Shown: one piece after another, positions 1 to 10,692 of the stretch
How the letters are laid out: every line of letters starts with the position of its first letter
Position numbering within the stretch: position 1 is the first letter of the stretch
Source of the DNA: a bacterium
Lineage (GTDB): Bacteria > Electryoneota > Electryoneia > Electryoneales > Electryoneaceae
NCBI GenBank assembly: GCA_963669175.1
Contig: OY769902.1
Span: 2,272,001 to 2,336,000 of the forward strand
Length of the DNA stretch: 64,000 nt
Direction of reading: 5' to 3'
Translations under genes and position numbers: made by a program
The notes under the pieces: generated by a model
The model's input: the letters and a program-made list of their open reading frames with translations, nothing else
What the model was told of the DNA's origin: nothing
Databases searched by the model: none

Positions 1-227
1 TGGTTTGACATCGCCGGAGCATTAACCAACCCGGAATTTCCAAAGATTGGTAGGCTCGAAAAGGTCCGGTTCTATTCGAGGTCTCCCGTCCTACCGATTG
101 ATTTGTACCCACACCTTGGAAGTATTATCTTCTCCGCTAGTTAACCACCGCCTCGCACCACTGAGCGAGACATATCCAGTGGCGGGGCGATTTCATTTGA
201 GAAAGTCTGCAAAGAATCGAGGCTGTC

Positions 228-1187
228 ATGGCGAAGGATACAAAGAACAAGAGCGAATTCGAGCTTAAAGTTGGCTTGGCAGATATGCTTCGCGGTGGTG
301 TCATCATGGATGTGACCACGGCGGATCAGGCAAAAATCGCAGAAGATGCCGGCGCTGCGTCGGTGATGGCGTTGGAACGTGTTCCTGCTGACATCCGCAA
401 GGAAGGCGGCGTTGCACGTATGAGCCGGATTGCCGTGCTCGAAGAAATCATGGCATCGGTAAAGATTCCCGTAATGGCCAAGGTTCGTATCGGTCATTTC
501 GTTGAAGCGCAACTTCTCCAGGAACTCGGCGTTGATTTTATCGATGAATCCGAAGTGCTGACCCCGGCGGATGAAGAGAACCATGTTGACAAGCATGCCT
601 TCAAGGTGCCGTTTGTCTGTGGTTGCCGTAACCTGGGTGAAGCGTTGCGTCGTATCGGTGAAGGCGCGGCCATGATGCGCACCAAGGGCGAAGCCGGAAC
701 CGGTAACGTGGTGGAAGCGGTCCGTCACATGCGCCAGGTCATGGCTGACATGCGTCGTATTCACCATATGGACAAGTCCGAACTGATGGCGGAAGCCAAG
801 AACCTGCAGGCGCCGTTTGAATTGGTCAAATACGTGCATGAACATGGCAAGCTTCCGGTGCCGAACTTCGCAGCGGGTGGTGTCGCAACCCCGGCAGACG
901 CGGCCATGATGGTGCAGCTTGGCGCGGAAACGGTGTTTGTCGGCAGTGGTATCTTCAAAGCAGGCCTGCTTCCCGGCCAGACCCTGGAAGACATCGCCGA
1001 TGAGAAGACGCGTAAGGAAATCCGTTCGGCACAGGCCAAGCTGGCCGCAGCGATTGTCCGTGCGGTAACCCACGCCAATGACCCGGTAGAAGTTCTGGCT
1101 GCGCAGCGTGACCAGGGTATGGCGATGGCCGGACTGGATGTTCGTACCATGGCAGAAGAAGAACGGCTTGCGACTCGAGGCTGGTAA
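228..1187 (+). CDS. pdxS: Pyridoxal 5'-phosphate synthase lyase subunit PdxS
   Basis: Motifs [69 protein letters not shown]; C-terminal RGW. Confidence 0.98.
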   Translation: MAKDTKNKSEFELKVGLADMLRGGVIMDVTTADQAKIAEDAGAASVMALERVPADIRKEGGVARMSRIAVLEEIMASVKIPVMAKVRIGHFVEAQLLQELGVDFIDESEVLTPADEENHVDKHAFKVPFVCGCRNLGEALRRIGEGAAMMRTKGEAGTGNVVEAVRHMRQVMADMRRIHHMDKSELMAEAKNLQAPFELVKYVHEHGKLPVPNFAAGGVATPADAAMMVQLGAETVFVGSGIFKAGLLPGQTLEDIADEKTRKEIRSAQAKLAAAIVRAVTHANDPVEVLAAQRDQGMAMAGLDVRTMAEEERLATRGW

Positions 1188-1813
1188 TGATCATCGGAGT
1201 TCTCGCCCTGCAGGGCGATTATGGAACGCATGAACAGGCGATCCGCGAAGCAGGACATGAAGCCGTAGAGATTAGACGGTCCGAGGATGCCGGATTCGCC
1301 AATCCCAAAGCGCCGTGTGATGCTCGCCGGAAGGCTCAGGCGGACCCGAAAGTCGCGATGACTCGTGTCCCGGATGGGATCGTGATTCCCGGCGGTGAGT
1401 CATCAACCATCGATCTGCTGGGCAGGCGCTACGGTCTGGATATGCTGCTGGGTGCGTTTGCCGCATCGGGCAAGATCATTTTCGGAACCTGTGCCGGTGC
1501 GATCTGGCTGGGGCAGGGCGAACATCACAAGGTAACCCCATTGGGGCTTATCGATGTTACGCTTGAGCGGAATGCTTATGGCCGCCAGGTGGATTCATTC
1601 ATCACCGATATCGAGGTGGATGGTCTGGACAGCCCGTTCGAAGCAGTGTTCATCCGTGCGCCGAAAATCACACGGATTGGACCGGGCGTGGAAGTATTGG
1701 CCGAGCATAATGGTGATCCGGTGCTGGTCCGTAAGAACAATATCTGGCTGGCGACGTTCCACCCGGAACGCGTGGAAGACCGAAGAATTCATACGATGGT
1801 TTTCGGTGGGTAA
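1187..1813 (+). CDS. pdxT: PLP synthase glutaminase subunit PdxT
   Basis: GVLALQG, PGGESST, FGTCAG, RNAYGRQVDSF, FIRAP, FHPE; TAATG overlap with pdxS. Confidence 0.97.
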   Translation: MIIGVLALQGDYGTHEQAIREAGHEAVEIRRSEDAGFANPKAPCDARRKAQADPKVAMTRVPDGIVIPGGESSTIDLLGRRYGLDMLLGAFAASGKIIFGTCAGAIWLGQGEHHKVTPLGLIDVTLERNAYGRQVDSFITDIEVDGLDSPFEAVFIRAPKITRIGPGVEVLAEHNGDPVLVRKNNIWLATFHPERVEDRRIHTMVFGG

Positions 1814-1832
1814 CCGGATATACGATATTTTG

Positions 1833-1878
1833 TTTTAGAGAACAAAAGGGGGCCAATGCCCCCTTTTGTTCTCTAAAA
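1833..1878. terminator. Bidirectional intrinsic terminator between convergent pdxT and the secreted-protein gene
   Basis: Perfect 21-bp stem TTTTAGAGAACAAAAGGGGGC, loop CAAT, GCCCCCTTTTGTTCTCTAAAA. Confidence 0.8.
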
Positions 1879-1891
1879 TGCAGGTCTACTG

Positions 1892-4800
1892 CTATTTGAC
1901 AAGAACGACCTGACGAATGTCGTTCATTTTGCCGGGTACAGATGCACGCAGGAAGTACATGCCGCTGGCCATCTGGCTGCCATCGAATACGAAGGCGTGG
2001 TAGCCTGCATTCATTACACCTTGATGCAGGGTGGTGATCTCACGGCCAAGCACATCGTAGACGACTACTGTCAATTCTGAAGTGGCCGGCAATCCTACGA
2101 CTGCATGCAATGTCGGGTTGAAGGGATTGGGATACGCAGCGGCAATGGACCAGTCTTCGGGCATTCCCTGGAACTCCTGATCTGCAACATTCAGGAACGG
2201 GCTGGACACTTCGATCTCAACATGGATCTGTCCGTGGCCGTTATGGTTTACCGTGAATGAAGGCGATTCCAGGAGATTGTACGTTTCACCCTGGACAAAA
2301 GCTGTAGCAGTATAGCCTTCCGGAAGAGCTTCCAGGATTCCTTCCGCAGTGATCAGGATATCACCGGCTTCACTGGATTCAACCACGAAACGCCATTGTT
2401 CGGTCTCGTTGTTGTCGGCAAACCAGCCTCGTACATCCTTGCAGAAATCATCCGCCTGTTCGATGCCCCAGTTAGCGTGGTGTGTATAGGCACGGAGGAT
2501 ATTCCCGGATGGGCTGGCTGGCGGCAGGACGAGATCTTCAGCATCATAATCGTCTTCAGCCCATTCGTGTGCCCCGAAGCCTGCGAGTGTACTGACCTTG
2601 TCGCCGCGATCCAGCGTCAAGGTTACAAACCAGCTCAAGGGAAGCTCGTCAAGTTCGCCATCAGGCGCCTGTGCCGGTCCGGCCGGTGCAGGATCAGCAT
2701 CATATTGGACCAGGGAGTATCCGGGATCAAAAGCAAGCATCCAGTAACCGGAGAAGGGAAGCATGTGGGTATGATCAACGGTGTAGTCGTCCGCAACGTC
2801 ATCATAGGCGAACAGGGGATACGAGATCCAGTGCGCGTCTTCCGCTTCCTGCAAGCTCAGCCATTGAGTGCCGTCGGTAACCCGGCAGAAATCCCAGTCA
2901 ATGGCGCCCGGCATGCCAAGACCTGCCAGTGTCCAGCCTTCACGAAGCGGAATGACAAGGCTGTCTGTCAGGTAGTCGCCCACCATGTCAACAGTTGTAG
3001 TGCCAGTCCCTTCCATGTACAGCCAGTCACCTTCACCGATGTGCAGCGTGTCCGGATCATAAACATACCCATAATCGCCGAAACCGTATAGCGCATAATA
3101 ACCGGTCAGGATGTCGTCGCCGATCTGATCATCCGGGGTAGGCGGATCGAGCAGGCAGTTAAAGCTTGTCAGGTGCCAGCCTTCAGTGAACTCATACTCC
3201 ATCGGTCCATAGATCATGAAACGGTCAGACATGCCTGACTGAGTTTGTCCGCTGAGATCGGTAGCCTCCACTTTGATCCTGGCATTCTGACTGTAAACGG
3301 AAAGCGGGATGTCCCAATCGTATGATGTTGCTGTGCCAAGCTGGTCCGTGATGACAACCCATGTATTCCCATCATCCAGCGAATAGGACAGCACGGCAGT
3401 CTGAACGTCATTTCCGGGGATAACCGTATACTCCCACTCCAGTGTTTCTGTGGAGTTGGCATGCAGCACATCATCAAGCGCCGGGCTGATGAGGGTGATG
3501 TAGGGGCTGTCCGGATCATTCAGGATGAATGCCTGCGAAGCGCTGCCCGCATTGCCTGCCCAGTCTTCGGCGGTAACACGGACGACTGCATCGGGTTCAT
3601 ACTGGTAGGGAGGAGTCCAGGTCCAGGTGCCGGGATCATCATCAAAAGCCGCCAACTCGGTCCAGTTTGCTCCGTTGTCAAGAGAGACCTCCAGAACAAC
3701 ACTCCTGATAGCCGTAATATCAGCAATGGTCCAGGTGATTTCCTGGTCGTTGTTCGCGTTCAGGACTTCATCGGCCGTTGGGGATGTAATCGCTACAACC
3801 GGATCCGTGGCGTCACCGATAGCCAGTTCCAACTGGTACGCATCATCGGGCGCGATGAAGCTGTACGCATTATCCTCGCGAAGGTTCTGGTAGATATCGC
3901 TGGTGACGTCATACAAGACAACGCCCCAGGTTTCAGGAATGCCGTACTCAATAGAAAAGTCCATGTCTACAGCGCCGCCGAGTTCATCGGTCAGGACTTC
4001 GATTGGATACACCTTGCGATCGTTTGTCAGATCCTCAAACAGTTTGATGTCGCGCATGAAGTTGTCGCCACCCGGGGCGTTCCATTCATCATGGGGGAAG
4101 TAAGTCGTGATGTAGTTGTTCGGCGCATGCGGCGGTTCGTAAATGTCCGTCCCGATATCGTAACCATCTGTAGCATCATCCGCCATGCCCGCGATATTGT
4201 TGTTGTCGAACAGGATTTCATCCAGCTCTCCATCGACCTGAGTGTTGATCACGACCATACGCGGCCCATAGGGCAACGGGATGGTCTCGTCCGGCACCAG
4301 GGCAAAATCGTCGTAGTACTTGGTGCCGTATGTATGCATCCCCAGCACACCCTCACCGTTGAAATAAGTATCCTCGAAGGCGAAGATGTATTCGTCCGGC
4401 TTGTCAATCCCGATGTAGTACCAGTTGCCGTGTTTTTCAAAATAGGCCGTATGCCAGATATCCGGGTCCCACTCATAATACGGTCTGTTTTCTGGCGCGT
4501 TCTGCCAGGTGCCGTTCAAACGTGCCTGTACCTGCCCGGTGATAATAGTTTGCGGGCCTCCCCAGTCATTCCAACCACTCCCACCGACACTGGTACGGAA
4601 GTAATTATTACCATCCATCCAGATCAGGAAACTTGCCTCTGCACTGTTATGGCTGGGTTGTTGATCATCATCCACATTGGTGAAGCGAACCGAGGCTTGC
4701 CAGTTGTCCTCGATCTGGTGCTCATCGTTGAGAGTAATGGTGCCCTGTGCGCCATAAGCGCTGGTCAATGTCCAGAAACCATGCAGCTTGCCGTCCTGAG

Positions 4801-6151
4801 AAATGTCCCAACTGCCTGTCCGTGGCGTCCATTCGGAAAGGTCGGAATCAAAGTTGTCTTCGTAGCCCTGGATTTCATCGGCGATGACGAGGTCGTCCAA
4901 GAGGTATCCGCCCAGATTCCCATAGTATCCGCCCGGAGTATGGGAAACGAAAATGTTGTCCAGGTCTGCAAAGTGATCAGTGATAGTAGCCGTGTGCTCG
5001 TACTCGCCAAGGTAATCCCAGGTGACATCCCAGGTTCCGTCGGAGTGCCTTGCCATGCGGACATTCACCCAGCGATCCGGGTAGGTAATGGGATCATTCA
5101 CGGTCATATTGCCCTGCCAGCCAAGCATCAGGTACCAGTGACCGTCCATGTTGTGGTAGTTGATAATTGTTCTTACACCTTTGTTCTGCGTGAAGTAATT
5201 GGGCATGCCTTCGGAGAAACAGAAATCGAGTATGCTGAAGGTTTGCACACGTTTGTGAATCCAGTAGCTCACTTCGAATTCTTCCGGCAGGCTTACCGGA
5301 GAATAAAGGGTGGTGCCATCGCCGGGACTGGCATTGCAATAACTACGGTAAGCATAACCGCCATTGCGGCCAATGCCATCAACAACTTCCCAGGTGCCGC
5401 CATCGTAGGGATAGTAATACTCCCAGTGCGGGTTGTCGGTATAGTCGCCGTCTTCCCAGTCTTCTGTAAAAGGCAGTGAGTTGGGGGCAAACTCATACAC
5501 TGCGAAATCGTCGAAGTAGGAATAGCCGTTGTTCATACAGAATGAGCCAAGGGTTACCTGGTTTGGACTGAAGTCGGCAATGCCATCTGCGTATGCATCC
5601 ATTATGAGATTGAATGACGCATCGCGCACGACAACGTGCATCTCGCCATCCTGGTACGTGATCAGGTATTTGTACCACTGATTCAAGTCCAGGGTAACAC
5701 TCGGGTCCAGAACAATGTACTGGTTTCCCGGCAAATCATAGCGCACATGTCCGTCATGGTTCACATATACGTTAGCCCAAATGGCATCGGTACTCCTGAT
5801 CATGACATGCCCCGCACGACCAGCGCCCCAGGACGCCGGGTTGTCGCCCATGCCATAAGCGGTAATGTAGAACCAGGTTTCCACAGTGACACCGTTGACA
5901 GGATCGAAGGAATATGCGATCTGGCTGTTATCCTCCTGATAGGGAGGGATACCGGCGTTGGCCCACATGCCCACAGCATGGCCCTGTTTGTGATAAGGAT
6001 TCGTAACGATCACGGCATCGTTGCCGGGATCGCCCACCTGCGTCCAGTTGGTCAAGCCGTTCTCAAAGCCATCGTAGAAAGGAAGACTGAATGCTGATCC
6101 TGCAAGCAGAAGCAGAATCATGACCGATACAACCGTTGTACAACGAGACAT
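1892..6151 (-). CDS. Large secreted multidomain protein (1419 aa) with T9SS type A-like C-terminal sorting domain
   Basis: Signal peptide, RBS GGAGG; three repeated beta-sandwich-like modules (FYDGFE, FTEDWE, YEDNFD); Ig-like repeats (SLDNGANW, SLDDGNTW); CTD AYPNPFNP..YDVLGREI..ASGMYF..VVLVK. Confidence 0.85.
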   Translation of the reverse strand: MSRCTTVVSVMILLLLAGSAFSLPFYDGFENGLTNWTQVGDPGNDAVIVTNPYHKQGHAVGMWANAGIPPYQEDNSQIAYSFDPVNGVTVETWFYITAYGMGDNPASWGAGRAGHVMIRSTDAIWANVYVNHDGHVRYDLPGNQYIVLDPSVTLDLNQWYKYLITYQDGEMHVVVRDASFNLIMDAYADGIADFSPNQVTLGSFCMNNGYSYFDDFAVYEFAPNSLPFTEDWEDGDYTDNPHWEYYYPYDGGTWEVVDGIGRNGGYAYRSYCNASPGDGTTLYSPVSLPEEFEVSYWIHKRVQTFSILDFCFSEGMPNYFTQNKGVRTIINYHNMDGHWYLMLGWQGNMTVNDPITYPDRWVNVRMARHSDGTWDVTWDYLGEYEHTATITDHFADLDNIFVSHTPGGYYGNLGGYLLDDLVIADEIQGYEDNFDSDLSEWTPRTGSWDISQDGKLHGFWTLTSAYGAQGTITLNDEHQIEDNWQASVRFTNVDDDQQPSHNSAEASFLIWMDGNNYFRTSVGGSGWNDWGGPQTIITGQVQARLNGTWQNAPENRPYYEWDPDIWHTAYFEKHGNWYYIGIDKPDEYIFAFEDTYFNGEGVLGMHTYGTKYYDDFALVPDETIPLPYGPRMVVINTQVDGELDEILFDNNNIAGMADDATDGYDIGTDIYEPPHAPNNYITTYFPHDEWNAPGGDNFMRDIKLFEDLTNDRKVYPIEVLTDELGGAVDMDFSIEYGIPETWGVVLYDVTSDIYQNLREDNAYSFIAPDDAYQLELAIGDATDPVVAITSPTADEVLNANNDQEITWTIADITAIRSVVLEVSLDNGANWTELAAFDDDPGTWTWTPPYQYEPDAVVRVTAEDWAGNAGSASQAFILNDPDSPYITLISPALDDVLHANSTETLEWEYTVIPGNDVQTAVLSYSLDDGNTWVVITDQLGTATSYDWDIPLSVYSQNARIKVEATDLSGQTQSGMSDRFMIYGPMEYEFTEGWHLTSFNCLLDPPTPDDQIGDDILTGYYALYGFGDYGYVYDPDTLHIGEGDWLYMEGTGTTTVDMVGDYLTDSLVIPLREGWTLAGLGMPGAIDWDFCRVTDGTQWLSLQEAEDAHWISYPLFAYDDVADDYTVDHTHMLPFSGYWMLAFDPGYSLVQYDADPAPAGPAQAPDGELDELPLSWFVTLTLDRGDKVSTLAGFGAHEWAEDDYDAEDLVLPPASPSGNILRAYTHHANWGIEQADDFCKDVRGWFADNNETEQWRFVVESSEAGDILITAEGILEALPEGYTATAFVQGETYNLLESPSFTVNHNGHGQIHVEIEVSSPFLNVADQEFQGMPEDWSIAAAYPNPFNPTLHAVVGLPATSELTVVVYDVLGREITTLHQGVMNAGYHAFVFDGSQMASGMYFLRASVPGKMNDIRQVVLVK

Positions 6152-6578
6152 GACAACCTCCTGAGTGAGATGAAGAGAAATGCTATCCGGTTTAAATGTT
6201 GACTATCCAGCTCTAAGAAGAGATTATATTAATACTATTATATTTTAGATGATAAGAGATAGAAATAATTTATTACTATTGAAATTATTGCTCGAATATT
6301 ATATATTATATATCTTTATTTAAATTGTATTTCCCCACGTAAAATATTATTTATTTGGTTTTCGGAAAATAGTAATTTTTATCATTTTTTGTCTCAGTTA
6401 TATTTACAGGATGTAGTCTAAACTCATGTAAAAGCGTATGTAAGCGAAAGTGGAGAGAGATAGCCCCAAACTGAGTTAGGAATCACTTCAATTGGCTCTC
6501 GACGATACTGTTTGGGGGTAGAATCTGAGGTGAGAAGTATGGTCTGAATGTAGAAGGAATCAGGATTGAATGACGTTG

Positions 6579-7532
6579 TTACGGTGTCACAAGGTTTTGC
6601 CGTCCACGCCGTGGACCTTCAAGAAGTGACGCATGCAAAATACGGTAGCTTTCGTAGCGGTCGGGATGGATGAGGCCTGCTTCGACAGCACGGTTGACCG
6701 CGCAGCCTTCATCGTCAAAATGCAGGCAGTTACGGAACTCACAATCCGGGCTGAACTTCCTGAACTCGACAAAATGTTGCGCGAGTTCATCCGTTTCGAC
6801 CACGGGATGAAATTCACGTATCCCCGGTGAATCGGCAACAGTTCCGCCTGATGGGAATGGGAAGAGACGTGTGTAGGTTGTGGTATGAACACCGCGTCCG
6901 GTGTTGGTGGAAAGGGCGGAAGTATCCAGGTCAAGATCAGCGATCAGACGATTCATCAGCGTACTTTTTCCGACACCCGATGGACCGGACAGCAGGCTGA
7001 TACGGCCAGTCAGTTGTGCTTCAACGAGGTCAATGTTTGTCCCGGTTTTCGCACTGACCTTGATCACCTTGTAACCGGCCTGCCGCCAGGGTTCCGAATA
7101 CGCATCAAGCTGATCATCCGTGAAAAGGTCTGCTTTATTCAACAGGATAGTGGCGTCCATATTGCCCACACTGCAACCGACCAGCATACGGTCAACGAGT
7201 CTTGGTGATACGACAGGTTCATCCGGAGTCGCGAGGATGAGTACTTGCTCCATATTTGCGGCAATTTCCTTTATACGTCCGTAGACATAGCGATTGAGCA
7301 GGGAGGAGCGTGGCAGAATCTCCTGAACCCAGCCATCTTTTGTTTTGGTCGGAGGAGTGAAACGGATATGGTCGCCTGGCACCGGCATGCCGAAAGATTT
7401 TCCTTTTCCCGGTACACGGCAATCGGCTGGTTCGTCACCGTCCCATTTGACGATTACACCGTTACGGGTGCGTGTTAGCACGATACCCGTGGCGGAGATC
7501 TCAGCCTGTTTCTGATGTTTGTTCTTGCCCAT
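6579..7532 (-). CDS. rsgA: Ribosome small subunit-dependent GTPase A
   Basis: Circularly permuted GTPase: NKAD, SA, GPSGVGKSTL, GVHTTT, DSPGIR; Zn motif CEFRNCLH..GC. Confidence 0.95.
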   Translation of the reverse strand: MGKNKHQKQAEISATGIVLTRTRNGVIVKWDGDEPADCRVPGKGKSFGMPVPGDHIRFTPPTKTKDGWVQEILPRSSLLNRYVYGRIKEIAANMEQVLILATPDEPVVSPRLVDRMLVGCSVGNMDATILLNKADLFTDDQLDAYSEPWRQAGYKVIKVSAKTGTNIDLVEAQLTGRISLLSGPSGVGKSTLMNRLIADLDLDTSALSTNTGRGVHTTTYTRLFPFPSGGTVADSPGIREFHPVVETDELAQHFVEFRKFSPDCEFRNCLHFDDEGCAVNRAVEAGLIHPDRYESYRILHASLLEGPRRGRQNLVTP

Positions 7533-7538
7533 AGCCGA

Positions 7539-8195
7539 TCAAGAGAAAGGAAAGATGACAAAGACGACTGCATCCCAGAGCGCATGGGAAACGACACCCG
7601 GTCCGATATGACGGAACTTGATATACATCAGCCCCCAGATTCCACCAGCGACCGCCGCTGCGCCCAGAAGCGGAAGATTCATTGCGGGCAGATGGATCGC
7701 TGTGTATAACAACAGCGTGACCCAGAAGCCTTTCCATGTCCCAAGGCGGATCATCAGGGTGCGCTGAACAAAACCACGCCAGAAAAGTTCTTCTCCAGGA
7801 CCGATAGGGAACAGGAGAATCATCAATAGCAGGCGTGGCGAAATGCCATGCCCGGTTGCGTACACATTCTGTACATCCTGGGGACCGGAAGGGATCAGGA
7901 AGGTGATTTGCTTGACCAGGATATTGCCCAGGAAAAACGCGCCATACAGAACCGCTGCCGCAACAATTCCCCAGAGCATATATTTCATCCATCCCACCGG
8001 TGATGCCTTCATTGTATCGGGATAGATGAAGAAGGTGAACCCGCCGAGAGTGAGTGTGGCGGAACACATCAGAATCCAGTAAGCCGGCCCGGTTTTGATA
8101 ACCACAAACAGGAAAAACCAGACAATCGCAGCAATAGCAACGGTCCCACCCAGGAGGGTGAGACCGCTATAGGCAGTTTTTTTTGAATCGCTCAC
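7539..8195 (-). CDS. CPBP (CAAX/Abi) family intramembrane metalloprotease
   Basis: EELFWRG, YTAIH and SHALWD motifs; multiple TM segments. Confidence 0.88.
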   Translation of the reverse strand: MSDSKKTAYSGLTLLGGTVAIAAIVWFFLFVVIKTGPAYWILMCSATLTLGGFTFFIYPDTMKASPVGWMKYMLWGIVAAAVLYGAFFLGNILVKQITFLIPSGPQDVQNVYATGHGISPRLLLMILLFPIGPGEELFWRGFVQRTLMIRLGTWKGFWVTLLLYTAIHLPAMNLPLLGAAAVAGGIWGLMYIKFRHIGPGVVSHALWDAVVFVIFPFS

Positions 8196-9121
8196 CAGTT
8201 CAACCAGTTATGAAGTTGCGGGAAGAAATAACCGAGCACATAGCTGATCGTAAACAGAATACCGAACTGGAAATGAAGCTGTGCTGTCATCACATCAACC
8301 ATCGCCCAGCTTTTCCGTTCCTGGTTCAGAGACTGCATGATAACCTTGTTCACTTTCAGCGCAGCAGGGATGGTCAGGATGACCAGAGCTGCGAAGAGAG
8401 GAGCCTGCTTCAGAATGACCAGGGCAATCAAGGCTGCATAGGCGCTGAACAGCATGCCGCCATAAACCAGTCGTCCGGCCCTGTGGCCCATCAGGCTTGC
8501 CTGGGTATTGTATCCGGAAGTCTGGTCGTCCTGAATATCACGCAGGTTGTTGGCGAACAGGATAGCCGCGACAAGGAAACCGACCGGCAGTGATACCCAA
8601 AGCGGCATCAGGCTAAGTTCACCGGTTTGCACGAAATAGCCGCCCCAAACCATCAACGGACCCATCAAGGCAAATACCAGGAATTCGCCAAGGGCTTTGT
8701 ACTTGAAGCCTATTGGTCCGGCAGTGTAAAAATAGCCGCCCAGAATACCGGTAATACCGAAAGCAACAATCGGCCAGCCACGGACAATCAACAGGTACAC
8801 ACCAATCAGGGTTGCCAGTCCGAACGCGATATAACTTGCCCAAAGCATGTGCCTGGGTTTCATTTCACGGTTGACCAGAAGACGGCTGCCGCCAAATGTC
8901 TCTTCACGATCAACGCCCTTTACGAAATCATAATAGTCGCTGATCAGGTTCGTCGCCGCGTGAAGCAATAATCCGCCGAAGACAGCGGCCAGCATTAAAG
9001 GCAGGCTGAAAGCGTCTTTCATATATAAGGCGAGCGCTGTTCCAAGCAGCACCGGGGTAATCGAAGCAGTCAATGAGAACGTGCGGATGGCACGCGCCCA
9101 AATGCCCATACTGTATCGCAT
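8192..9121 (-). CDS. menA: 1,4-dihydroxy-2-naphthoate polyprenyltransferase
   Basis: NLISDYYDFVKGVD, YTAGP..KY..LGE, NNLRDIQDD; start placed at ATG 9121. Confidence 0.88.
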   Translation of the reverse strand: MRYSMGIWARAIRTFSLTASITPVLLGTALALYMKDAFSLPLMLAAVFGGLLLHAATNLISDYYDFVKGVDREETFGGSRLLVNREMKPRHMLWASYIAFGLATLIGVYLLIVRGWPIVAFGITGILGGYFYTAGPIGFKYKALGEFLVFALMGPLMVWGGYFVQTGELSLMPLWVSLPVGFLVAAILFANNLRDIQDDQTSGYNTQASLMGHRAGRLVYGGMLFSAYAALIALVILKQAPLFAALVILTIPAALKVNKVIMQSLNQERKSWAMVDVMTAQLHFQFGILFTISYVLGYFFPQLHNWLNW

Positions 9122-9310
9122 GGAGGTTCTCCTGTAATCAATGTTCAACAGCAATCGATACAAAATATAAGAGGTTAAAGGATAACGGGAAAGCGAAATC
9201 GTTCCACGAGGAGTCTTGTTTGCCTTGTGTTAAGATGGGCTAAACAACGGACCTCGCTGATCTGTATGAGGCAAAGATTTTAAAGCCAGCAAGAAAACGA
9301 CAAGTATGGC

Positions 9311-9403
9311 GGCGAAAAATGGGACTGTCACCTTTTCATGTTCTCAAAGGTAAAACAGTCCGATAATGGGTGATGAAAAGGTGACTGTACCAGATTTTTC
9401 GCC
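9311..9403. repeat. REP-like inverted doublet (family C, AAAAGG(G/T)GAC core)
   Basis: GGCGAAAAATGGGACTGTCACCTTTTCAT versus ATGAAAAGGTGACTGTACCAGATTTTTCGCC; related copies at 14239-14430. Confidence 0.6.
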
Positions 9404-9640
9404 AGCTTGTTTTCCTGGTGAATCGGTCCACTGGATCAGGTGAAAATCCTGGGACAGCTACCTTTTCTGCTCTTTGCTCTTGCCAAGAAGGCCAGTATAC
9501 ATCTTACCATCCTGTGATTAACCTTGTGTTCAGGTAATGTCTCATGCAGAAAAGTGTAGCAGTCCCGATTTTTCGACAAGTTTGATCGCGTAGTAATCGC
9601 GAGAATCCTTCGGGACAGGAGTGGCAAAATGTGCAGTTCT

Positions 9641-10591
9641 TCAGTTCGAGTTGCCCCGCTTCTCCTGCTTCACGATTCCTATCGATGATAACAGCATGGC
9701 AAAGAATACGAACGCAGCGCCCAGGAAGCCTTTCACGGTCCAGGTTTCGCCAAGCAGCAACCAGGCAAACAGGGAAGCAAATACCGGTTCAAGGGTGAAG
9801 ATAAGGGCGGCATGTCCGGCGGGGACATCGGGTTGATAACGAGTCTGCATCCAGACTGCCAGCATAGTGCCGAAAAGACCAGTATAAAAGGCAGCTAGCC
9901 AACCGAATCCTGCAATGGAAAACTTCACCGGGAAAATGAGATCGTAAACGAGTGCGCCTGCGAAAATGAACGCCACCTGGATGAAGGTCAACAACCATAC
10001 CTGCTTGACCTTCTTCGACACCGCTTCAAGGACAATCATCTGGAAAGCGAAAGCTACCGCACAACCAATGGTAAGTATATCACCAATATTGAGCCCACCG
10101 GTTTCAGGTGAGGCCAACAGGTAAATACCAAACAGCGCCGGAACCAGGCCCAGCCAGGTCAACCAGTGCGACTTACTTGTTCCGAAAAGGTGCGCCAGGA
10201 TGGGGGTGAAGATGGTCAGGAGCCCGGTGAAGAAGCCGCTACGTGAAGCGGTTGTGTGTTCCAGCCCGACTACCTGGAGGGCGAACCCGGCAAAAAGGAA
10301 AAATCCAACTGCGATTCCCCCCAGTACAACGGCTCGATTCCAGTAGCCAGTTTGTGATTCAGCGCCGTGATTGGAGGCCGATTCCCTGATGTTAAAACGT
10401 CGATGTCGGTACAGGATATAGGGAGTCAGCAGGACAGATGCAATGGCAAAACGCAGGAACAGGAAGTGCATGGGATCGGTCACTTCCAGCGCCTTCTTGG
10501 TCGCAGGGAAGGTTAAACCCCAGACAACTGTCAACAGGATCAGCATGACAGATGCAAACAGGCTGTTCTTTTTTGCGGTTCCAGCTTTCAC
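9641..10591 (-). CDS. DMT/EamA family transporter
   Basis: WGLTF..K, RFAIA, GLEHTTASRSGF, NIGDILT, LEPVFA; about 10 TM. Start uncertain; GTG 10591 chosen because a hairpin lies at 10635-10661. Confidence 0.88.
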   Translation of the reverse strand: MKAGTAKKNSLFASVMLILLTVVWGLTFPATKKALEVTDPMHFLFLRFAIASVLLTPYILYRHRRFNIRESASNHGAESQTGYWNRAVVLGGIAVGFFLFAGFALQVVGLEHTTASRSGFFTGLLTIFTPILAHLFGTSKSHWLTWLGLVPALFGIYLLASPETGGLNIGDILTIGCAVAFAFQMIVLEAVSKKVKQVWLLTFIQVAFIFAGALVYDLIFPVKFSIAGFGWLAAFYTGLFGTMLAVWMQTRYQPDVPAGHAALIFTLEPVFASLFAWLLLGETWTVKGFLGAAFVFFAMLLSSIGIVKQEKRGNSN

Positions 10592-10692
10592 TGTTTTGCC
10601 CGTACCCGTATGGAAACAGAATGCTTCAAGATAACAAACCCGGGCATTCACCCGGGTTGTCTATAACAAAAAATGCTCTGTTGCTCACGAGT

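Noticed and set aside
1-144. Open frame running from the window edge to 144
   Set aside because: No recognisable motif and it overlaps the predicted pdxS promoter; cannot be judged without upstream sequence.
1832-1878. GTTTTAGAG resembling a type II CRISPR repeat start
   Set aside because: Single occurrence forming one arm of a terminator hairpin between convergent genes.
3461-5479. 672-aa plus-strand ORF and other long antisense ORFs (141-1073, 20172-21284, 54423-55319)
   Set aside because: Shadows of well-supported genes on the opposite strand, with no recognisable motifs.
6170-6420. Very AT-rich stretch as a possible replication origin
   Set aside because: No DnaA-box cluster or iterons seen; better explained as the upstream region of the secreted-protein gene.
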